Source: Lysobacteraceae bacterium (lineage in GTDB: Bacteria > Bdellovibrionota > UBA1018 > JAGTJX01). Taken from it: a stretch of 64,000 nucleotides of DNA. A program made the position numbers and the translations under genes. Below are positions 19,656 to 29,718 of the stretch, in pieces. Position 1 is the stretch's first letter; every line of letters starts with the position of its first letter. Location of the stretch: the NCBI GenBank assembly GCA_023657465.1, contig JAGTJX010000003.1, forward strand, positions 311,889 to 375,888. Direction: 5' to 3'. The notes below the pieces were generated by a model. The model was not told the origin of the DNA and did not search any database. It saw only the letters and a list, made by a program, of their open reading frames with translations.

Positions 19656-20290
19656 TTAGTATTGCTTATGTCTCTTTGGCAAAATCACAATGAACTTAGT
19701 ATACTGTGAACGTTTATCAATGGTGAGAGTGCCGTTATGATTATCAATCATCATCTCTTGGAGTTCTACTCTCCCTCGAATCGCATCCAGAGACTTCCCT
19801 AGCTCATGGGCAATACCAGCTGCAAGTTCACCCACACTTACCATTTTATCAGATTGGACTAGAATGGCCCGGTCACACTCTAATTGTTCTTCAATTAGTT
19901 TTCGCTCTGTGATGTCTACACGGATAGCAACATATTTAAACGGACGGTTCTCCTCACCTACAAAAGGTACGATGGTAGTAAATACCCAATAGAACGATCC
20001 ATCTTTAGTTTTATTTTTGATTTCACCTTTCTATACTTTTATTGAAGAAAAAGTCGTCCAGAGTTCTTTGAAAAAATCATGAGAGTGATGACCAGAATTG
20101 ACAATTCTGTGATTTGTTCTATGAGTTCATCTCTAGAATACTTCGAGATTTCACAGAATTTATCATTTACATAGGGAATAGTTCCTTTGGCATCCGTGAA
20201 TGCAACCATCGAAGAATAATCAAGTGCATGCCTCAAATCATCTACTTCTTTCAAGCTACGCTGTAATTGTTCTTCTACACTGAGGAACTA
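19656..20290 (-). pseudogene. degraded paralog of the PAS sensor histidine kinase at 39350..40474
   Basis: Fragments VAFTDAKGTIPYVNDKFCEISKYSRDELIEQ and KDGSFYWVFTTIVPF...VSVGELAAGIAHELGKSLDAIRGRVELQEMMI-DNHNGTLTIDKRSQYTKFIVILPK align to the intact kinase in three frames. There is an in-frame stop, and ~170 aa of the HATPase domain is deleted. Confidence 0.75.
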
Positions 20291-20310
20291 CATCCATTGA
20301 AGAAAAGAAT

Positions 20311-21118
20311 CTAATACTTATCAGCGTTAAATTTGAATTTAAGTAAAAACGACAGATTGAGCGTATCACCTAATCCTGAGTGACCATCGTAAAGTAGAAC
20401 ATCTGCAGTCTTCATCGCATTGACCATGTACCTATGGAATGTCATGTCCTTGGAATCTATCACAGTATCAGCGAGTAGAGCAGGAATTCTAGGGTCAATG
20501 TACAGGAACGAATTTAAAGATTCGCGAGGGCGCACCTCTGTCGTATCCCTTATAAACAATATTTTGGAAATAAGGAATTTGGAAGCCCTCGTCTGCTTTT
20601 TTCATGACTAGAACGAAACGCGAAGTTCCCGCCACGGGAGCTCCTTTATAAATTCGAACTCCTGGTTTACCGGCCGCCTCGATCGAGAATATGGACGGGA
20701 AACTTTTGGCCAACCATTCTGGGATAGGCTCATCTCCCTTTTCTGAATGAATAAGGGTGCGAAAAACTACTGAATTTTTATCTCCCAAAGCAATATAGGC
20801 CGTCCCATTTTTCGAGAGGATTCGCTGAAATTTTGAGAGAACGGCGTACAGTTCCGAGGTGTAAGTGAATACACCGAATACATCGCTAATGAGATCGAAG
20901 GGAGCGCTCCCCGTTAGCTCTTCATCTGGTATCTTTTCTAAATACCGGCCTGTGAGTACTCGAACATTCGAAGTTTTGGGAACTTCATAAGACCTTCTCC
21001 ATGGATCGATTTTGAAGGTTACCACAGTAACCTTAGGCAAAGGCCCTGAAAAGGAATTCAGAATGTTGTTGTAAAAATTCAGATATTTTTTGTAAGCATC
21101 AGGGGCTAGAAGGTGCAC
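20311..21118 (-). pseudogene. hypothetical protein (methyltransferase-like segment), frame-disrupted
   Basis: Two overlapping ORFs (20495..21118 with a GTG start, and 20311..20559) appear to be one gene broken near 20500-20560. FDLISDVFGVFTYTSELYAVLSKFQRILSKNGTAYIAL resembles a post-I methyltransferase motif. Confidence 0.3.
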
Positions 21119-21936
21119 CTAAGAGTTCATAATAGTCGCTAAGGCCACGCTCAACATCGAAATTGTGTTTAGAAATCGAAATCTCCGCATTCAATAAGTT
21201 ATCATCACACGCAGACCACGAAGTGAGTGGAAGCGTAAGAATGAGTAATACCAGAAGTGGTATTGTACTTGAGTTTGATGCGCCTCAACGGTTCAAGCTG
21301 GTCCCCATTTCTAAAATTATACGGTAAACCCAAGAGCGAATGTACTGTTGGTTTTTTGACCAATGATTTGTTTCCTAATCTTGTTTCTAAATCCTTTGTT
21401 ATTCCTCGCAAACCGGATTTCTTGGTTTTTGCGATTTAATCTTTTGCTTTAACAAGTACCTTTCGAACTAAAGATTAGGGCTTATTACTATCAGTCCTTC
21501 TAGCCCCTGGTAAGAGACTTCATTCGAGTCTTGGGTATTTACCGCCTGTAGATTACGAAGCAGAAGTCTTGAAACTAAAACCCGCTGATCGTCCTGTTCA
21601 GAAGATCAGGGGAAAAGCTGTCTAGTTCGATGGGGTCATTCCACTATCCACCTATCAATCCTTCATCCGGGCTCTTTGTAAACTCAATCACGTTAACCCA
21701 GAGGTAAAGACAAAAATCATGGAGCGACTCGTTCATAGAATCGAAATCACGCGAGCTGGGTTCAATATTGCGTTTTATGCAGGGTCAACTGAAATTGAAC
21801 GAGGGCTAGACGAACTCCAGCCAAAAGATTTTTCTTTGACCGCTAGTTCGAATGTCTTGACTAATGGTGGCAACGTCGACTTTGGTTTGGATTCAGCCAC
21901 TTACACGGTTTTATAGCCAGATTTAGCCAAAGTCCA

Positions 21937-22887
21937 TTAGACAGATGGCAAAATCTGCTTTGCTTCAAAGAGATCAACGACTTCCTTCATTGCAGCCATA
22001 TCACTCGGTAATACCCTGAGGGTCTGAGTAGCACCTTTTTCATCTACACCAGCCAACCGGATATACTTCTGCATGGTCTTTAAATCAGCCCAGCCACAAA
22101 TCTTCATGACCCTTGCCGAAGCAACGTCATTGGCTAAAAGCTGGGTTGCAAAGCAAGCACGAAGCGTATGGAAACGGACAGAACGTACACCAATACCAAT
22201 GCAGAACTTCCGTAACATATTCGCCTGACGCCCAGCATCCCACTCATGGAATCGAGGAAGTACATGCTCCCTCTTTTCTGCACTGGCCTTTAGTTCTAAC
22301 AACAGAACCAAAAGCTCATCTGAAATAGGAACTGTTCTCCAGCATCCACTCTTAGTGCTCTTCACCACTCTCCGTCTAGAATGATAGGACTTGGAGACAG
22401 TGATTTTTCGATCTTGAAGGTTAACATCACTCCACAACAAAGCATGGAGTTCGCCATTCCTCATTCCCGTTAATAAAGCCATTACCCATATGGAATACCA
22501 AGGATGCTCAAGCTGCTTGGCACTGCGTAGTAGACACCGAATTTCATCAAGGTTCAATATTTCAGGAACCTTTTCAACCTTTCGATTGCTCAACGCTAGT
22601 CCTTGCACGGGAGCTTCACGCACACCTGGAATCAACCTTTGCTCGATTCCCCATCGGTAAACAAGATTGATGGTGTGCTTGACTTGTTTTCGATAACCGA
22701 GAGAACGACCAGCATTTTCCATCAATGAAAATACCTCTCTGGCATCTCCTATCGTCAGCATTGACGCTGGCCTTTCCAACCATGCTTTCGTCCAGCGACT
22801 TAAACTACTAACATGATCGGTGATGGTGTTCGGCTCATAAGAATATTTTGTTTTATCTCTTACGGCTTCTTCCCATCTCGCAATCAC
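21937..22887 (-). CDS. tyrosine-type site-specific integrase, core-binding and catalytic domains
   Basis: HTLRACFATQLL (HxxR) and KICGWADLKTMQKYIRL (catalytic Tyr) at the C-terminus. GTG start overlapping the upstream ORF stop (GTGA). Confidence 0.85.
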   Translation of the reverse strand: MIARWEEAVRDKTKYSYEPNTITDHVSSLSRWTKAWLERPASMLTIGDAREVFSLMENAGRSLGYRKQVKHTINLVYRWGIEQRLIPGVREAPVQGLALSNRKVEKVPEILNLDEIRCLLRSAKQLEHPWYSIWVMALLTGMRNGELHALLWSDVNLQDRKITVSKSYHSRRRVVKSTKSGCWRTVPISDELLVLLLELKASAEKREHVLPRFHEWDAGRQANMLRKFCIGIGVRSVRFHTLRACFATQLLANDVASARVMKICGWADLKTMQKYIRLAGVDEKGATQTLRVLPSDMAAMKEVVDLFEAKQILPSV

Positions 22888-23096
22888 GGCCTCCCAGGTA
22901 TGCCCTGGGAGGCGCGCTTGACTAACTTTTCTGTGATCTCTCTTGTGAGTTTTTTTTCTTCAGCGAGAGCTGCTTTCTCAGATTCAAATCCAGCAACCAT
23001 TTTTTGTTCTCTGATTGCGGGATTCTCTTTACTTCGGATATTAAGATAAATTTTCCAAAGTTTTTTTCCATCTTTTTCATAACTAGATACAGACAT
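22884..23096 (-). CDS. integrase N-terminal arm-type DNA-binding domain, separated from the catalytic ORF by a frame change
   Basis: MSVSSYEKDGKKLWKIYLNIRSK resembles P4-type integrase arm-binding N-termini. 70 + 316 aa adds up to a typical integrase length. Confidence 0.5.
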   Translation of the reverse strand: MSVSSYEKDGKKLWKIYLNIRSKENPAIREQKMVAGFESEKAALAEEKKLTREITEKLVKRASQGIPGRP

Positions 23097-23371
23097 CAGA
23101 TACCTCTTTCTTGAGAGCTACCCAACTGTTCCTCTAAAGTGGATTTTCGGAAGTAAAGGCGACGCCTCCATTTGCGGCAACGGACTTGTCCGCGACTGAC
23201 CGCTGTATGAAGTGCGCCCACCGATGGCAACCGAAGATACTTCGCAGCCTCGACTGAGTTCATCCAAACCAAATTGTCAAAGATCGGTTCTGAAGAATTA
23301 TTATTTTCTTCAGATTCATTGTTTAAAATCATATCATCTTTCTGTAAAAAATCAGCAGAAAACAAGGGCAT
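23096..23371 (-). CDS. excisionase/AlpA-type HTH (HTH_17) DNA-binding protein
   Basis: MNSVEAAKYLRLPSVGALHTAVSRGQV pattern. Confidence 0.55.
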   Translation of the reverse strand: MPLFSADFLQKDDMILNNESEENNNSSEPIFDNLVWMNSVEAAKYLRLPSVGALHTAVSRGQVRCRKWRRRLYFRKSTLEEQLGSSQERGI

Positions 23372-23691
23372 TACGCGGTGTTTTCATTAATTTTATTTGC
23401 GTTATTTTTTTTGCGCTCGGCTCGATGCTCAAGCTGTGAAATATATTCTTCACCGTAAAGCTCCACCAAGCGCTCTGCGCGCCTTGTGAGTAATTTCTTT
23501 CGGTGGGATTGAGAAACGAGCCTCTTCGACAACCGATCAAAATCCGCCTCACTGAGAGCTTTACAGGCATCAACTAAAAGAGTGTTGACCAAAGGGCTGA
23601 TTTTCTTTCCGCTAAATTCATTCTTATTTTTAATCTGTCCTCGCACATGGTCAAGCGCAATTAATGTCTCTGGGTTAAGGGCTACTTTCAT
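23371..23691 (-). CDS. hypothetical protein
   Basis: 106-aa basic ORF in the element operon with no motif. Confidence 0.4.
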   Translation of the reverse strand: MKVALNPETLIALDHVRGQIKNKNEFSGKKISPLVNTLLVDACKALSEADFDRLSKRLVSQSHRKKLLTRRAERLVELYGEEYISQLEHRAERKKNNANKINENTA

Positions 23692-24008
23692 TTCTTTTTG
23701 GCCTCTTTTTCTTGAGGGATTCCAAGAAGACTAACGTCTCCTTCCAGAATCCATTCTCGATGAGCCTCTATGAGACGATTATTTTCAATCTTCTCGGGAA
23801 TCATGACAGCTCGAAGCTGCGGAGCCGATATTTCGGGAACTACTGCGCCTGCTTTAGCACCCGTCTCAAATACTACGGACTCACGTACAAGCTGACGGCT
23901 GAGGCGTGCAGCCTCATCAGGAGGTACAACCTCCTGCGAACGAGTATGAGCACAACCTGTAAACGCAAGTGCGCAAAATGGAATCAATACTAAGCTAATA
24001 ATCTTCAT
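23688..24008 (-). CDS. lipoprotein (possible TraV-like transfer lipoprotein)
   Basis: Lipobox ALAFTGC|AH. The TraV analogy rests on position only. Confidence 0.45.
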   Translation of the reverse strand: MKIISLVLIPFCALAFTGCAHTRSQEVVPPDEAARLSRQLVRESVVFETGAKAGAVVPEISAPQLRAVMIPEKIENNRLIEAHREWILEGDVSLLGIPQEKEAKKK

Positions 24009-24844
24009 AATAATCCTTTGTGTGTATCAATTGAATCAACCTCACTATGTGGGGGTGATAAGGGACTGCTCAAAGAGCAAAAATCCTTATAAAACAACGG
24101 AACTGCATTCACTACGCCTTGAGATATTGTCGCAATTTTATCTAACGACTCTCCAGGATATTTGTGCTGAATGCCAAAGTACCTAGAGTCAAGAGATTTC
24201 AAGCCCTCAAAAGTAACGATGAGGATACGTTTCTCAAACTCAGGTGGCAGTTTACCGATCTTCTCTTGATATGCGGTCAGTATGGTTTTGTTTCTCACTA
24301 CCACCAATAATCCTGCACAAATCATTTCCTTCAAGAACGTAGCTCTATATTTTTCGATCAGCTCATCCATGAGGTAATCGTTCTTTTGTGTACTCTCTAC
24401 CTCAACTGCCAATTCAAACTTTCCGTCACTGTTTGAAATCTGAATCAATCCATCAGGAATTTTCTCATGGCAGAACTGCTTAATCTCAAAAGAACCAATT
24501 TCGTGTTCAGTTGCGATCAAAGTAATGAATGAATATCTGGACAATACCAAAAATGTTTCGGTTACTGCAATAGCATGAGCTGCGTTGCGATGATGGATTC
24601 CAGAATTCCCAATATGCGATGTTGAAAGCACCTGATTTCGAAGTTTTTTAGTAGCCGCAAAAATATTGAAAGGTGCAGACGGGAAATAAGGTTTATCTAC
24701 AAATGCTGTCGTCCTAAGTTCTTTCAACATTCTATAAACAGTTGCTCTCGTACATCTGCCAGCGCATGAGTCGATAACCTGATCTAAAGTCATGATGCCA
24801 AAACGAACTAATTGGTGGGACAGAAAGGCGTTATGTTTTCTCAT
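24005..24844 (-). CDS. replication-relaxation family protein (Replic_Relax-like, N-terminal wHTH)
   Basis: The N-terminal GIMTLDQVIDSCAGRCTRATVYRMLKELRTTAFV winged-helix pattern and ~280 aa length are typical of PF13814 proteins of conjugative plasmids. Confidence 0.45.
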   Translation of the reverse strand: MRKHNAFLSHQLVRFGIMTLDQVIDSCAGRCTRATVYRMLKELRTTAFVDKPYFPSAPFNIFAATKKLRNQVLSTSHIGNSGIHHRNAAHAIAVTETFLVLSRYSFITLIATEHEIGSFEIKQFCHEKIPDGLIQISNSDGKFELAVEVESTQKNDYLMDELIEKYRATFLKEMICAGLLVVVRNKTILTAYQEKIGKLPPEFEKRILIVTFEGLKSLDSRYFGIQHKYPGESLDKIATISQGVVNAVPLFYKDFCSLSSPLSPPHSEVDSIDTHKGLL

Positions 24845-26202
24845 TTCAACTGTACCTTTTTTGAAGGACGGAAAGACTGGTTCACTCCAACTAATGAACG
24901 GCTATATCCTGCCTGAATGAGCTTTTCAGTATGTTGTTTAATCATTTCTTCTATCTGTATGTTCTTAATGAGAGGGGCTTGAATGATCTCATTGCTTGAT
25001 CGCTGATACACAGCCCTACCAGGATGAGAACCTAATGTGGATGCTGTCATGTCACCGATTACCAATGTTGAAGCCGAAACCGATGGAACAGAAAAGCAAA
25101 TCCTAGTCGGTAAATTGTCTTTGCTCTGCATATCAATAGTGCTTTTGTCTGGTCGTTGTGTGCCTAAGACCAAATGAATGCCAGTGAATCTCGCCAACCT
25201 AGCAAGAGTCGCTATTCTCTCCTGAAGTCCTGACTTGGCAGATTTCTCTAATGCCTTTTTTGATAGTTCAGCCAATTCATCAACAACGATTACTACAGGT
25301 CCTACAGGAAATCCTTGCAGTGCCTTTTCTTGTTCAAGATCTTTCAATAAAAATTCATTCCAATTAGTTTTACTCTTCTGAATCAAATATTCTTTTCTTT
25401 TTTCAAAAAGCTCTAAACACTGATCCAGTAATAACTCTGCATCTGAATAAGATGTCACCATGCTGAAGTTTGGAGCTTTACGAAATGATTGGAAGTCAAT
25501 GCCTCCTTTCATGTCGATTAAACACAAATACGATCCACGCGTTTGTGTCAAAACCGTAGTCATGAATTGCTTGATGAACTGAGTTTTACCTGACCCCGTT
25601 TGACCAGCCACAAGCATATGAATCATTTTCGTAAGTGACAGTTTTTCTACGACTTCATCTCCATGCCCAATAAAAAACTCTCCCTGAGAAAGTGAGTTTA
25701 GGTCTAGTTCGTGAAATGCTACAGAATCTGGAATATTAGTTCGTTTTAAAACGACTTCAATTTCTGGAACCGTCGCTGATGGCTTTGAAATGGATTTAAT
25801 GGGCTGACTGAGCCTCGACGAAAGCTGTAAAATATGTTTTTCAAAGTCACTGGCATCATATCCAGCCGCTCTGATTCGGATTCGATCATTCTTAAGCGGG
25901 TACTTTCCTCGTACGATCCACGTAGGCTCTCCATAGCCCTTAGAGTAATCGAGTCCAATCGTCTCAAATGCTTTGTCAATTGGGCGAACGACTGAGCCAA
26001 TCGCAATGAAACCAACTAATAGATTGGCAAGTACAATCATTCCAATGCTCATGGGGTGCAGAGCTTCAAATAGGATGACATCTAAAGCCGTAGCCAATAT
26101 CCAAAAGTATATATACTCTCGGTTCACCCTCGCTTGCGCAATGAACACAGCGCCGTATCTACGAAGTCTTTTATAAAAAGTATTTTCAGTAGATTGAGTC
26201 AT
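24841..26202 (-). CDS. FtsK/SpoIIIE-family DNA-translocase ATPase (TcpA/TraB-like coupling protein)
   Basis: N-terminal TM helices, Walker A LVAGQTGSGKTQF and Walker B VVIVVDELAEL. Confidence 0.7.
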   Translation of the reverse strand: MTQSTENTFYKRLRRYGAVFIAQARVNREYIYFWILATALDVILFEALHPMSIGMIVLANLLVGFIAIGSVVRPIDKAFETIGLDYSKGYGEPTWIVRGKYPLKNDRIRIRAAGYDASDFEKHILQLSSRLSQPIKSISKPSATVPEIEVVLKRTNIPDSVAFHELDLNSLSQGEFFIGHGDEVVEKLSLTKMIHMLVAGQTGSGKTQFIKQFMTTVLTQTRGSYLCLIDMKGGIDFQSFRKAPNFSMVTSYSDAELLLDQCLELFEKRKEYLIQKSKTNWNEFLLKDLEQEKALQGFPVGPVVIVVDELAELSKKALEKSAKSGLQERIATLARLARFTGIHLVLGTQRPDKSTIDMQSKDNLPTRICFSVPSVSASTLVIGDMTASTLGSHPGRAVYQRSSNEIIQAPLIKNIQIEEMIKQHTEKLIQAGYSRSLVGVNQSFRPSKKVQLK

Positions 26203-27095
26203 CGGCTACCCTTCGCGCTACGAATTTTAACAAAAACGGATGCACCTGATTTCAAACTTAGCTCTGGTTGAGTTTCCTTAAGATCCTTAGTGGCTTCTGT
26301 CGAAAGGCTCATAGATACTTGTTGATTGGTTTCAATAGAAGCACGCTGAAGCTCTTTTGATGTGGCAGAATTATCTGTCAACCCATTCATGACCTTTGAC
26401 ATGGCGATCTGGTCGGCTGCAACGATTCCTTTATTGAGTGCAACGCCCAGTAATCTTGTCAACAATCCAGAGGAGTAATCGGCCTCTATGCCTACGGTTT
26501 TAAGATCAGAGTCAATTGCGTAACCCGTAATTGGGTATGCTCTTCCTTCTTTATTTAAAAGCTCAGAAAAACTGAAATTCAAACGCTTCTTATTGATATT
26601 CGTAGAGAGAATTCCACGAATTTGTCCACCAACAATCTCAGAGATATCCAACACTGCTGTGTGATCTTCCGAGACGAACTGATTCAACCGAATTTGCACT
26701 GGACTCTCTGGAGCAAGTGAAGAAATATCACCCAATAGAATTCCTTCAAAAATAACTTCGAGTCCATCTAACAACGGTCTCTCAATAACGGAGGGAGTAT
26801 TACTTGTACGTGTAGCGCTCGAGGATTTCGAACTCCAGCTAAACGCCTTGGCTAGATCAAACCCGAATCCTTTGGCCTCACTCTTTGAAAGAGATGTTTT
26901 CTGCAAGAATTCAACCGAAGGTTTTATAGAGTCACTTTGGATTGATTGTACAATCACGACATTCTGTTCAGTGAAATATGGTTTTAATTTAAAAAAACCA
27001 ACTAAAGAAACAAGAAGTATACAGGCTAACAGTATCATTTCTCTTTTAACTTCGGGTTTGTCTGTCCATTTGAATTTTTCGATTATTGTTTTCAT
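26199..27095 (-). CDS. VirB10/TrbI-like protein (tentative)
   Basis: N-terminal TM, Ser-rich linker and C-terminal beta-rich domain. Assigned by size and position only, so weak. Confidence 0.3.
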   Translation of the reverse strand: MKTIIEKFKWTDKPEVKREMILLACILLVSLVGFFKLKPYFTEQNVVIVQSIQSDSIKPSVEFLQKTSLSKSEAKGFGFDLAKAFSWSSKSSSATRTSNTPSVIERPLLDGLEVIFEGILLGDISSLAPESPVQIRLNQFVSEDHTAVLDISEIVGGQIRGILSTNINKKRLNFSFSELLNKEGRAYPITGYAIDSDLKTVGIEADYSSGLLTRLLGVALNKGIVAADQIAMSKVMNGLTDNSATSKELQRASIETNQQVSMSLSTEATKDLKETQPELSLKSGASVFVKIRSAKGSR

Positions 27096-27543
27096 CCGTT
27101 CTCCTTTCGTTTTTGTAGGTGTCATGCAAAAGATTGATTCTACGTTTTGAATGAGAGGATGTAATTTCTACAACATCATCATAGTTGTATTTGTCAGCCA
27201 TATGCAAAAGTACGACATAACGTCCTGCTTTGGTGTAGATGATTAGATTTCCAGGTTCATGAGATAAAGGACGGATACTTAAATCCTTTCCCAGAAAATT
27301 GATTTCCAGAGATTCTGGAGAACCTGGAACGACTTTCTCAGGCCGTGAAAGAAAAGGTAAAATAGTCACTCTTTTCAAAGCTACTCTCACGATTGCAGAT
27401 TTTCCTGGTGACAACTCTACTTTTCTCATAACGCCTGCATGACTTTTTTCTGTTACAGAAACGAAAAGCATCAGACTCAGAATGATTGAGGGATAAAGAA
27501 TGAAAAAAAATCGCTTAATGTCCTTCATTTGCAGTCTCCTCAA
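27046..27543 (-). CDS. VirB9/TrbG-like secreted protein (tentative)
   Basis: Signal peptide followed by a beta-rich domain. The assignment is positional. Confidence 0.3.
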   Translation of the reverse strand: MRRLQMKDIKRFFFILYPSIILSLMLFVSVTEKSHAGVMRKVELSPGKSAIVRVALKRVTILPFLSRPEKVVPGSPESLEINFLGKDLSIRPLSHEPGNLIIYTKAGRYVVLLHMADKYNYDDVVEITSSHSKRRINLLHDTYKNERRTDENNNRKIQMDRQTRS

Positions 27544-28099
27544 ATTCCTCGACCCCCACTACCTGAAGTCCATAGGGATTTTCAGGACTGACGGAAGACT
27601 CTCGATACGTTAATCGAACAATGAGTGGAGTAGCTGCTGCCATTGTCCCAATTCTCAAGACTCGACTAATATGCGCTACAATCTTCTTCTCTGAGTTTGA
27701 AAACCCAAACCCTTCAAAAGTAAAAAAACATTTGGCTTTCTGGTTTTGAGCTAGTGACTGAAAGGAAGAAATTGAAGCTTTGAGCTTCTTAAAAACAGCT
27801 TCGTCGGTAAGTGTTTTAAGTAAAGCTTCTCTCTTTGAAAAAGTGTCATTATTCCACTCAAAGCGGCTTATTAAATATTGTTTTGTGAATGCTTCTATTC
27901 TGAAAACAGATACTTCCCAAGGCTTTGTCTTCAACATTCGGTGTATCGAATCGTCATCCACAATGACAAAAGGTCTGTTTGTAAGGATAACTGGTATAAA
28001 AACAATAGCCATTCCCAGTAATGCACAAAGAGAGTAAATAATTTTCTGAGTCTTCCTGGCAGACTCTTGTAAAGTTTCAATTGGCTTAAGGTATTCCAT
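27515..28099 (-). CDS. VirB8/TraE-like bitopic membrane protein (tentative)
   Basis: Single N-terminal TM (IVFIPVILT) plus a ~150 aa periplasmic domain; size typical of VirB8/TraE. Confidence 0.3.
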   Translation of the reverse strand: MEYLKPIETLQESARKTQKIIYSLCALLGMAIVFIPVILTNRPFVIVDDDSIHRMLKTKPWEVSVFRIEAFTKQYLISRFEWNNDTFSKREALLKTLTDEAVFKKLKASISSFQSLAQNQKAKCFFTFEGFGFSNSEKKIVAHISRVLRIGTMAAATPLIVRLTYRESSVSPENPYGLQVVGVEEFEETANEGH

Positions 28100-28111
28100 A
28101 TTTTATTCTTT

Positions 28112-29011
28112 CTATTTTTTTGAAATGTTTGGTTTCGATGGTTTTCGGAAAGGCAACTTTTTCATTGCAGTTCTTGCAACAGACCCAAGACCTGTTGTTG
28201 CCATGCTCTTGGCTCCGCCATAAGCTGTTTGCATTTTTGAGATAGGAATTCCTGATAATGAAGCTCCCATTCCTGAAGTCATAGTTTGCAAAGCACTTGC
28301 ACCTGCTGAAGCTAATTGACCGTTTAGAAAGGAATGAACTAGCATTGGCGTGCTTGCCAAAAGTCCGGCCACGGCGAAGTTAAGAACCGCTGTGTCGAAC
28401 CACTGCGACAGGTTTGCTGGTGTTTCTGAAAAGCCAATCCCAAGCAACAAACGAGCTAAGATAACCCAGATAGGTTTCCATAGTGAAAGCTCAAGCATTC
28501 CCATGAAAATTCCTTTCGGAATCGCATGGAATGTTGGAAATAGACATCCTAGTAAGGCAATAGGACCTAAAATATGCAATAGGTTCCAAAGAGAGAGGTG
28601 CAAAATATCCAGAAATCGTTTTACTACCGCAAGTACAAGAAACGAAAGCGTGGAAATAATTGAAAGTCCGATCTGCCCTAACTTTAACCAATTACTTGTG
28701 CCAGAATCTTTGATTTCAGTAGCTTTGTCGCCGATCTTTGAGAAAATCTGAATAAGGGCGTCATCTCCACCAAATGTTTGGATCAAATACATTTCTAATC
28801 CTTGAATGGATGAGGAAATTTGCATGAACCCGACTAAAAGAGCTATTGCAATAATAAGTCGTCGAAATAAACCTTCGATCTTTGACCCAGAAATTTCACC
28901 ACTAAAATAAATCGCCATCATTGCTAACAAGAAGGCAACTGGCAAAGCTGCCCAGAAAACCGAAGAGCTAGCTTGAAATAATTCACGTGTTGTTGAGTTA
29001 AGGTCAATCAT
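28112..29011 (-). CDS. VirB6/TrbL-like polytopic inner-membrane protein
   Basis: ~6 TM helices and a Gly/Ser/Ala-rich C-terminus; 299 aa. Confidence 0.5.
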   Translation of the reverse strand: MIDLNSTTRELFQASSSVFWAALPVAFLLAMMAIYFSGEISGSKIEGLFRRLIIAIALLVGFMQISSSIQGLEMYLIQTFGGDDALIQIFSKIGDKATEIKDSGTSNWLKLGQIGLSIISTLSFLVLAVVKRFLDILHLSLWNLLHILGPIALLGCLFPTFHAIPKGIFMGMLELSLWKPIWVILARLLLGIGFSETPANLSQWFDTAVLNFAVAGLLASTPMLVHSFLNGQLASAGASALQTMTSGMGASLSGIPISKMQTAYGGAKSMATTGLGSVARTAMKKLPFRKPSKPNISKK

Positions 29012-29718
29012 TGAGAACCTCCGATAGAATTCAGAGAACTCATTCCGTTTCTTTTCATGTCTCTATCAATCAGCGAATGAGTTTCAACGAAAGATTCAAA
29101 TTCTGCGTTTTCTTTGGTTGAATCTTGAATTTTTTTTGTGGAAGATATTTCTAACTGTTTTGCTTCCAAACGATTTCCATGGCTTACAGCATGAAGTAAA
29201 ACTCCCATGGTTTCTGCCGTCAACCTCGTAGCGCTGACTTGACTGGCAACTAGTGCTGCTGTCTTTACTTTGTTTCCCTTTTCATCAAGAAAATTAGAGT
29301 AGTCGAACGCATCTTGACTGAGAAAAAGACCCTCGACACCTGTACGATAATTGTTCTGAGTGACTTTAGGGGATCGTTCACTGACCTCGCCATACACTCG
29401 CCTTGCTTCCCAAACAGCTCGGTCAATCTGCTTGGCTCCTTCATAAACTTGAGGTGGGAGTGAAATATGTGCGGTCTCAGCTAGATTCAAGACTTCCTTC
29501 ACGCCACGATTCATTTCCTCCAGAATACTTACCGTTTCCTTTGCCTTGCCTAGCATTTGAGAAATAGCCTGAACTTGGGAAATGGTTTGTGTAAGAATAT
29601 TAATCAGGATTGGAATATCCATGCCAAAAAAATCTGCGCGAACTTCTTGGGGTTTAATTAAGAATCCGCTCATGAATATGCAGCATATACTGATCCAAGC
29701 TGCGATTTTTTTCTTCAT
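29008..29718 (-). CDS. VirB5/TrbJ-like secreted coiled-coil protein (tentative)
   Basis: Signal peptide followed by a helical 200-aa domain. Positional assignment only. Confidence 0.35.
   Translation of the reverse strand: MKKKIAAWISICCIFMSGFLIKPQEVRADFFGMDIPILINILTQTISQVQAISQMLGKAKETVSILEEMNRGVKEVLNLAETAHISLPPQVYEGAKQIDRAVWEARRVYGEVSERSPKVTQNNYRTGVEGLFLSQDAFDYSNFLDEKGNKVKTAALVASQVSATRLTAETMGVLLHAVSHGNRLEAKQLEISSTKKIQDSTKENAEFESFVETHSLIDRDMKRNGMSSLNSIGGSQ

Noticed and set aside
21440-21940. Possible tRNA/tmRNA attachment site adjacent to the integrase
   Set aside because: I inspected the region for cloverleaf or tmRNA 3'-end features (GGTTCGAATCC-like T-arm, CCA) on both strands and found none. 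The element's att site remains unidentified.
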